Positions 58,338 to 64,000 of a DNA stretch of 64,000 nt are shown in pieces. The position numbers and the translations under genes were made by a program. A model generated the notes under the pieces. That model saw only the letters and a program-made list of their open reading frames with translations. It ran no database searches and was not told where the DNA came from. This DNA comes from the human T2T-CHM13v2.0 reference genome, Homo sapiens. How positions within the stretch are numbered: the first letter of the stretch is position 1; the number at the start of each line of letters is the position of its first letter. The DNA lies in the NCBI RefSeq assembly GCF_009914755.1, contig NC_060942.1; one strand, 5' to 3'.

Positions 58338-59204
58338 CAATGGGATCTTGATATTATACATCTGTGAAAAATTATCACCAGACACCTCCAAATTTAACAG
58401 AATATTTTGAATTTTATTTTCTTATCAAAGATCCACACCAGAAAAAACATGAAATCCATTCTTTCTATTAAAATATAATTGAAATATAATTAAATTTATA
58501 AGGTTAATGATTAAAAGTAGCTATTGATGAAGAATTGAAGATAAATTTTAAAAATACAAAATCACTTGCTTTATAAAAATAGATAAAAGTGAATTCCATC
58601 AGCTTACTGTAATTATTTCAAATTCTTGTCTTCCAGTCTAGCACCATGCCTCTCTGAGACTGGCTTCTCCATTGAGTGTTATGAAATCAACACACTAACA
58701 TTTAGGATCAACATTATCCCCTATGATTGGCATTGTCATTTATCCAACCTAGATTATATAAATTAACAACCAAAATGCAAATCTGTCACATTAAAAACTT
58801 CATTGACATACACATGATTGATTCAAAATGCACATATAGCAGTTTAGTATTGGGATTGCTACTTTACTTGTAACCTCTGTTTGGTCATAGTTGAGAAACA
58901 ACAGAAAGTTGCAACTGTAATATTATTTTTATATAAATTACTTATATAAATGATTTTAATAAAAAAAGTGTGCATTTTTTGCAACCCTGTCTTATTGCAC
59001 ATTTGATCTGAGTATTGAAATAATATTTGATCTGTTAAATCTAATAATAAAATTATTCTTATTTCATTTCTCTTTTATTTCATTTTTCTAATAAGTTTAT
59101 TTTTATGTTTGTTTTTAATTATATTTTACAAAAGTATTGGTCTCTGACAATTGGAAATTAAAAAGCAAAACTGTCCCTCACAACAGATGGTTTGAGAAAC
59201 AGTG
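57590..59204 (+). mobile_element. hAT-Charlie DNA transposon fossil (Charlie7-like), partial transposase region and right end
   Basis: cattatcccctatgattggcattgtcatttatccaacctagattatataaattaac...gtcacattaaaaactt matches the recalled Charlie7 transposase C-terminus; ctctctgagactggcttctcc (hAT E.GFS motif); right terminus gtttgagaaacagtg. Confidence 0.65.
58280..58335. repeat. (CA)n microsatellite
   Basis: About 20 uninterrupted CA units. Confidence 0.92.
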
Positions 59205-59359
59205 GTATAAAATTTATCTCATATTAAAGACAAGGAAAAAATAGGATGATTAATAGTTTTTCACAGAAAATTGAGTTATATTGTAGCTAGGTGCCCAAAG
59301 AATGTTAATAAACATCAAACTGCAAAGTACAGTAGTCTTTAATAAAGCCCTATAGTGGG

Positions 59360-59600
59360 TTGGCTCTTAGCCCTGTCTTGTTAAAATTTTAATTAATAAC
59401 CAGGAGGAAGAGAGATAAAGGGCATGTTTTTAAGATTTGTAGACGGCAGTAAGCTAGGAGTGATAACTAACTGAACAGACACAAAATCCAGGGAAAAAGT
59501 GGTTTTGATCATCTGTCATGCTGTGTAGAAGCTCAGACAACATTTTATGGAACTCAAGCAAAAGTCTGGTACTTTACAAAACTCAGTGGTGTACTCTCAA
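59360..59600 (+). mobile_element. L3/CR1 LINE fragment (RT region)
   Basis: cttagccctgtcttgttaaaattttaattaataac...gggcatgtttttaagatttgtagacggcagtaagctaggag resembles the CR1 LGPVLFNIFINDL...KFADDTKLGG coding segment. Confidence 0.6.
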
Positions 59601-61659
59601 AGAAAAGGAAAGCTTTTTGGAGTAGTTCCTTAAAAAAGAAAAATTTGGAAATTTTAATTGCATGTGCAAATACATTATGATTAGCAGAATTAGGCTCTTG
59701 AAAATTCTAACACAGAAAGACACTTTGTTTGCAAAAGACAAGTTAACATGGGTGAAGTTTCCCATTATTCTCCAGGCTCAAAAGTCAATTTCAAACTGGA
59801 TTTTTATTTCTGCCTTTGTGAAGTATAAAGAATTTTTCTTCTGATCATGATCATCTCTCCATTGTTCAAATCCTAAATCAAATGACCTGAGGGCTTTTTG
59901 TGTCCTGGACCTTCAGTGGTACAATCAAGAAGAGCCATGGGATTCAAAGCGGAAGTGTCAGAGCTGGGCAAAAGGTTTTTGGCACAGATGTGAGTATTTC
60001 TCTGCAAGCCTGAAGCTCAGTGGGCAACAGGACAGGCTGACTCTGGGTATTGGCAGCTGTTCAAGCAAGAGGAGAGCGAGAGTGACAGCTCTGGGCCAAG
60101 TTGGTTTCCCCTACTCTCCCTGATGTTGGGATTGAAGTCTGTCTGTCTTTACCCCTGAGAAGCTAAGTTCCCCCCATTCTTTTCTCTGGATTTCTTTCCC
60201 TTTTCTCTTTTCCTTTTGCCTTCCCTTTTCTTTGAAGAAACAAAAAAAACTACACTAAACACTTTCCAAGTAGGTAGGCAGCAGTTTGAATCTATGTTTG
60301 AAAGGGAAGCAGGCAGCATAGAAAGCCACACAAGAAGCAGCCTTCCTTTTTCAGCTTCTCAAGTTTAACTAAAAATGTTTGAGGAGAAATTGTTTCATGA
60401 CCATGTTGATATTAATCATAATAGCTTACTATTAAAATGCAGCTGTCTATATTATGGAATAGTGTATGACATTTACTTCATCTTACAATGAGGTTTTAAA
60501 GAAATTTGGAGTATGTAGTAGGCAACTCCAAGTAATGTGCCTGATGCCTCCATTTCCACATTTCTAAAATGAAAATGACAGTAATATTGCACTCCATTTT
60601 AATATCCATATTATTGGCTGTATTTGGATATGGTGGCAAAAGTGCCCTAAATTACTCCCAGTAAATTCCTCAAATTCCTGACAGTGGTTTCATGTGTTCT
60701 CCTTACTCATCCCTCACCCCCTTCCTAGCCTGCATCTTCACCTGACTGCCTCAGTGCTGCATCCGCTGCTGACCACTTTAGGGATTGCCGCTGTGCTAGG
60801 GACACTGTCTGTCGCATGCTGACCACTGAGACACCCCTGCTTCATCTTCAGGCAGAGCACACGACTACTCCACCTTTGGAACACAGGCAGGTCCCCCTTC
60901 GTTCCTCAAAGCACAACGGTACCCTGGACAGAACTTTAACAAGATTATACTGAAGGTTTGTGGGAAAAGAAAAGGAAACCAGCCTCAGTGTCTTAAAGCT
61001 GAGACCTTCCTCAGAGCCAGCTGCTTAAGGAATGTGCAGACATCTTCAGAGGTACTCCATGGCCCAACAGACCAAGGAAGTATTTTCTACAACCCTTTGA
61101 GAGGCAGGATTCGCCTTGTCCCAGGTTGATTAAAAATGGAAACAAACATTCCCTCAAGTAGAGAGCCTCAGAGTGACACAATTGCATAACAGAGAGGCCC
61201 AAGCCCCTGACACACAGCCACCAAATATTCTGACAACACTTATCTGTCACAAAGGCCAGTAAAATCCTCCGGTATGCCCTTTCCCAGAGATCTAAAGTCC
61301 ACATTGCCTCTAAAGAAGAGTTGCATGAAAACAAAGAGAAGTATGTAGAAACAATGGTGTTCAAATGAAGTTTTAGGAAAAGGAGATTTTTCAATAGGAA
61401 ATAATTCATAGTGTGATTATTCTGCTGAAAAAAATAAATGCTAGTCATGTTATAAAGAGAAGACAGAATCACAACTAGAAGCTTATTTTTGAGGGCTATT
61501 GTCCTTCACTTAAGTCTGTCCTCAAATGTATGCATAGGTATTTGTTCGATTTTATTTTTAAATAATATAGAAAATGAAATATTTATGAAATATCTGATAT
61601 TAAATAAAACATCAATGTATGAAATACCTATAAAATATATATATACTGTTGTACTGAAT

Positions 61660-62700
61660 GAGTTGGATCTTCAGAGTAAATTCCTAGAATTTGGACTGTA
61701 GATGAAAAGGTTAACATATATCTAGTTTTTTTGTGTGATTTTTTGTTTGTTTGTTTTTGAGATATTTCCAGATTCCCTCATTAAGGATTTTACCAGTTTG
61801 CATTCCTACTAAATATGTAAGAAAGTTATTGTTTCGACATACTCTTACAAGCAAAGTATATTAATACTCTTGTTAGCAGAGTGTATTATTATGCATCTTA
61901 ATTTTTGCTATTCTGATAATATGATGGTTTTTATGTGCATCTTTTGATTATCAGAGAGGCTAAACATCTTTCCATATGCTCAAAGAGGTTTTACATATGT
62001 TTTTGGTAGATTGTCTTTGTTTTTTTAATCATTGTCATGAGCCTTATGTGACTTTTCCTCTCATGAGTTTCCTATTATTAAGGTATCAGTCCTTTATCAG
62101 TTATACAGTGGTATATATTCTTCTATTTTCCATTTGTCTCTTGACTTTGTTTTGGTGTTTTTCCCTATTCAATTACTCTCTTCTTAAAGTTTTATGCAGT
62201 CAAATGTGTCCAGATTTTCTTTTATTGGGTTTTTCTCAAATTGCAATTATGGTCTTAAGTAGCAGGCCAAATCTTAGTTCAGTTATTCTATTCTTATGTT
62301 GCCTACTAAGACTGTGTCTTCAGCATTTGTGGTCAGCCTGACAGGCAGAGTAAATGCAGATAATTTGTGCCTCTAATCCCTGGTACTCTCCTTTTCCTGT
62401 TTCCTCTTTCACTTCCCAGTGAAGATTTATTTTTTTTTAATTTTTATGTATTCTTTTTGCTTCCATGTGTGGTGCAGACAAGGGCTGGCCTCAGGCTAGA
62501 AGCGATGAAAATGAGAAAATCACTCCCGCCATTCCCTTTTACCACTGGTGGTTTACTTGCCAGTTTCTGCTAACTTTTGATCATTCCCCAGTGACTTCCG
62601 GTAGTTGTTCATTTTTGTATTTTCTCTAGAGTTTATAGCTACTATCTGTGGGAAGTTGATCTAATGGAAGCTAACTTGTCCCTTACCAGGAGTGAAACCC
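61660..62700 (-). mobile_element. Ancient L1ME-like fragments
   Basis: gagtaaattcctagaatt...ttttaccagtttgcattcctac...gtgcatcttttgattatcagagaggctaaacatctttccatatg. Confidence 0.6.
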
Positions 62701-63844
62701 AAGCATGTAAATTTTGTCAAAATTAGAAAGCCTTATCCTATACTCATGTCAAGGACAAGTTTCCAAAGTAATTAGACAATTCTAACTAGAAAAGGTTTAC
62801 CCTAATGCTTTCTCAAATATTCATTTTTCCAAAAATTCTTAACTTTTAGTATAAAATCAATTTATTTCATTGAGAAAAAACGAATATTTTTGCCACTTGT
62901 TGCAAAAGGTCAATCTGGTTTTAATAGTCTCTTGTATCGCTATCTGAAAAGTAAACTGCATAACTACCATGCCTTATAAAAGTGATTGTTTCAATGACCA
63001 TAAGGGATATCAAAATCACCAACATCAAGTAACCAAGCTTTATCTATATGGACAATTCAAACAAAATATAATTTGATCAATAATGACCTGTGCTGAGGAA
63101 CAAATGCACACATCATGAAGCCCCTGTTATTCAGTTTGAGGATTACTTTTATATTTCTATGAAAGATAAAAAATAACTAGAAAACAAGGGCAAAATTAAT
63201 GATGAGAACTGGGATCCATCCTCCTCTTTTACATTAAGTGTCCCAGTTCTTTACTGATAGTGACAGTAATTTCAAGGATGCTTGTTTAACTGGAGTCTGT
63301 TTGAATGGGTATGAGTCTCTATGCTGAATGGTCTCTAAAAGCTGTGAATAGGTACATTAGCATATCAAAAACCTTCCAAAGTGTCTTTGGGAGTTTTTAT
63401 TTTCTTTTATCTGCAGGTTTTCTCTGTTTGGAAGAGGTTGGTAAGAAGTGTATCTTGGGATCTGAGTTTTATTTCAAGGTTATTGAAGTATCACAGGAGT
63501 GCAGTCAAATAAAAAACTGATGAATAATATCCAGGGGGCACTGCTAGTAAGACAACCCTGTCGTTTCAAGAAACTTGAGAAATAATGATAAAGAAACATT
63601 TTTTTGAGTTTGTTACTAGTGAGAATAAATTTTGACAGAATAGACAACTTGTTTTTCTACGTCTGACTATAAATTGTAGATTTCCAATATTCCAATTCAT
63701 AATGAATGCCTATCATTTTGTAGTACTAAGCTCTTATGTTCAAGAAATATCTAAACTTTAAACACAAAATTATTGTCTAAAATAAAATAATGTAATATAA
63801 AATAAATCCAAGATCATTTAAGATATTCATGTCTTTTTGTTCAA

Positions 63845-63960
63845 TAGTGGGCTTTGGAGTAACTTTCAGGAGGTTTTCCCATACTAATTTTGTCATTAAC
63901 AATGTGCCAGTAAGAAAGGTCACTTATGTTATCTAGGTATAATTTTCTGCATACCCAGAC
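63845..63960 (+). mobile_element. MIR fragment
   Basis: gggctttggagt...gtcactta...taattttctgcat. Weak similarity. Confidence 0.4.
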
Positions 63961-64000
63961 TAGTTGATGACAAAAGTTCTTTCTTCTTGTAGATTGTCTG

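Noticed and set aside
61011-62341. 153-aa and 121-aa hydrophobic ORFs
   Set aside because: Low-complexity L/F/S composition from T-rich strands, partly antisense L1ME; no recognisable domain.

Overview
AT-rich, CpG-poor primate (human or great ape) DNA, intergenic or deep-intronic and dominated by transposable elements. I can support no host exon, RNA gene or CpG island. The only real protein homologies are decayed LINE-1 ORF1/ORF2 and ERVL pol remnants; the other listed ORFs are chance frames in Alu, L1, LTR or simple-repeat DNA. Main content: a Tigger2a MITE; a 5'-inverted (twin-primed) L1PA8/10-like element with a nested Alu; an L1PA4-6-like element with its 5' end but no 3' end; a near full-length L1PA15/16-like element holding a tail-to-tail Alu pair; 12 Alus in total; solo LTRs (LTR7B inside MER41A, THE1, MLT, an ERV1 LTR); an ERVL internal remnant; a Charlie7-like hAT fossil; MIR/L2/L3 relics; and a 2.25 kb AT-rich 32-bp minisatellite closed by a 27-bp inverted repeat. 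I found no evidence of a previously undescribed multi-gene system. The findings are structural and regulatory candidates. Subfamily names come from recalled consensus sequences, and boundaries of old elements are approximate; both need RepeatMasker/Dfam confirmation.
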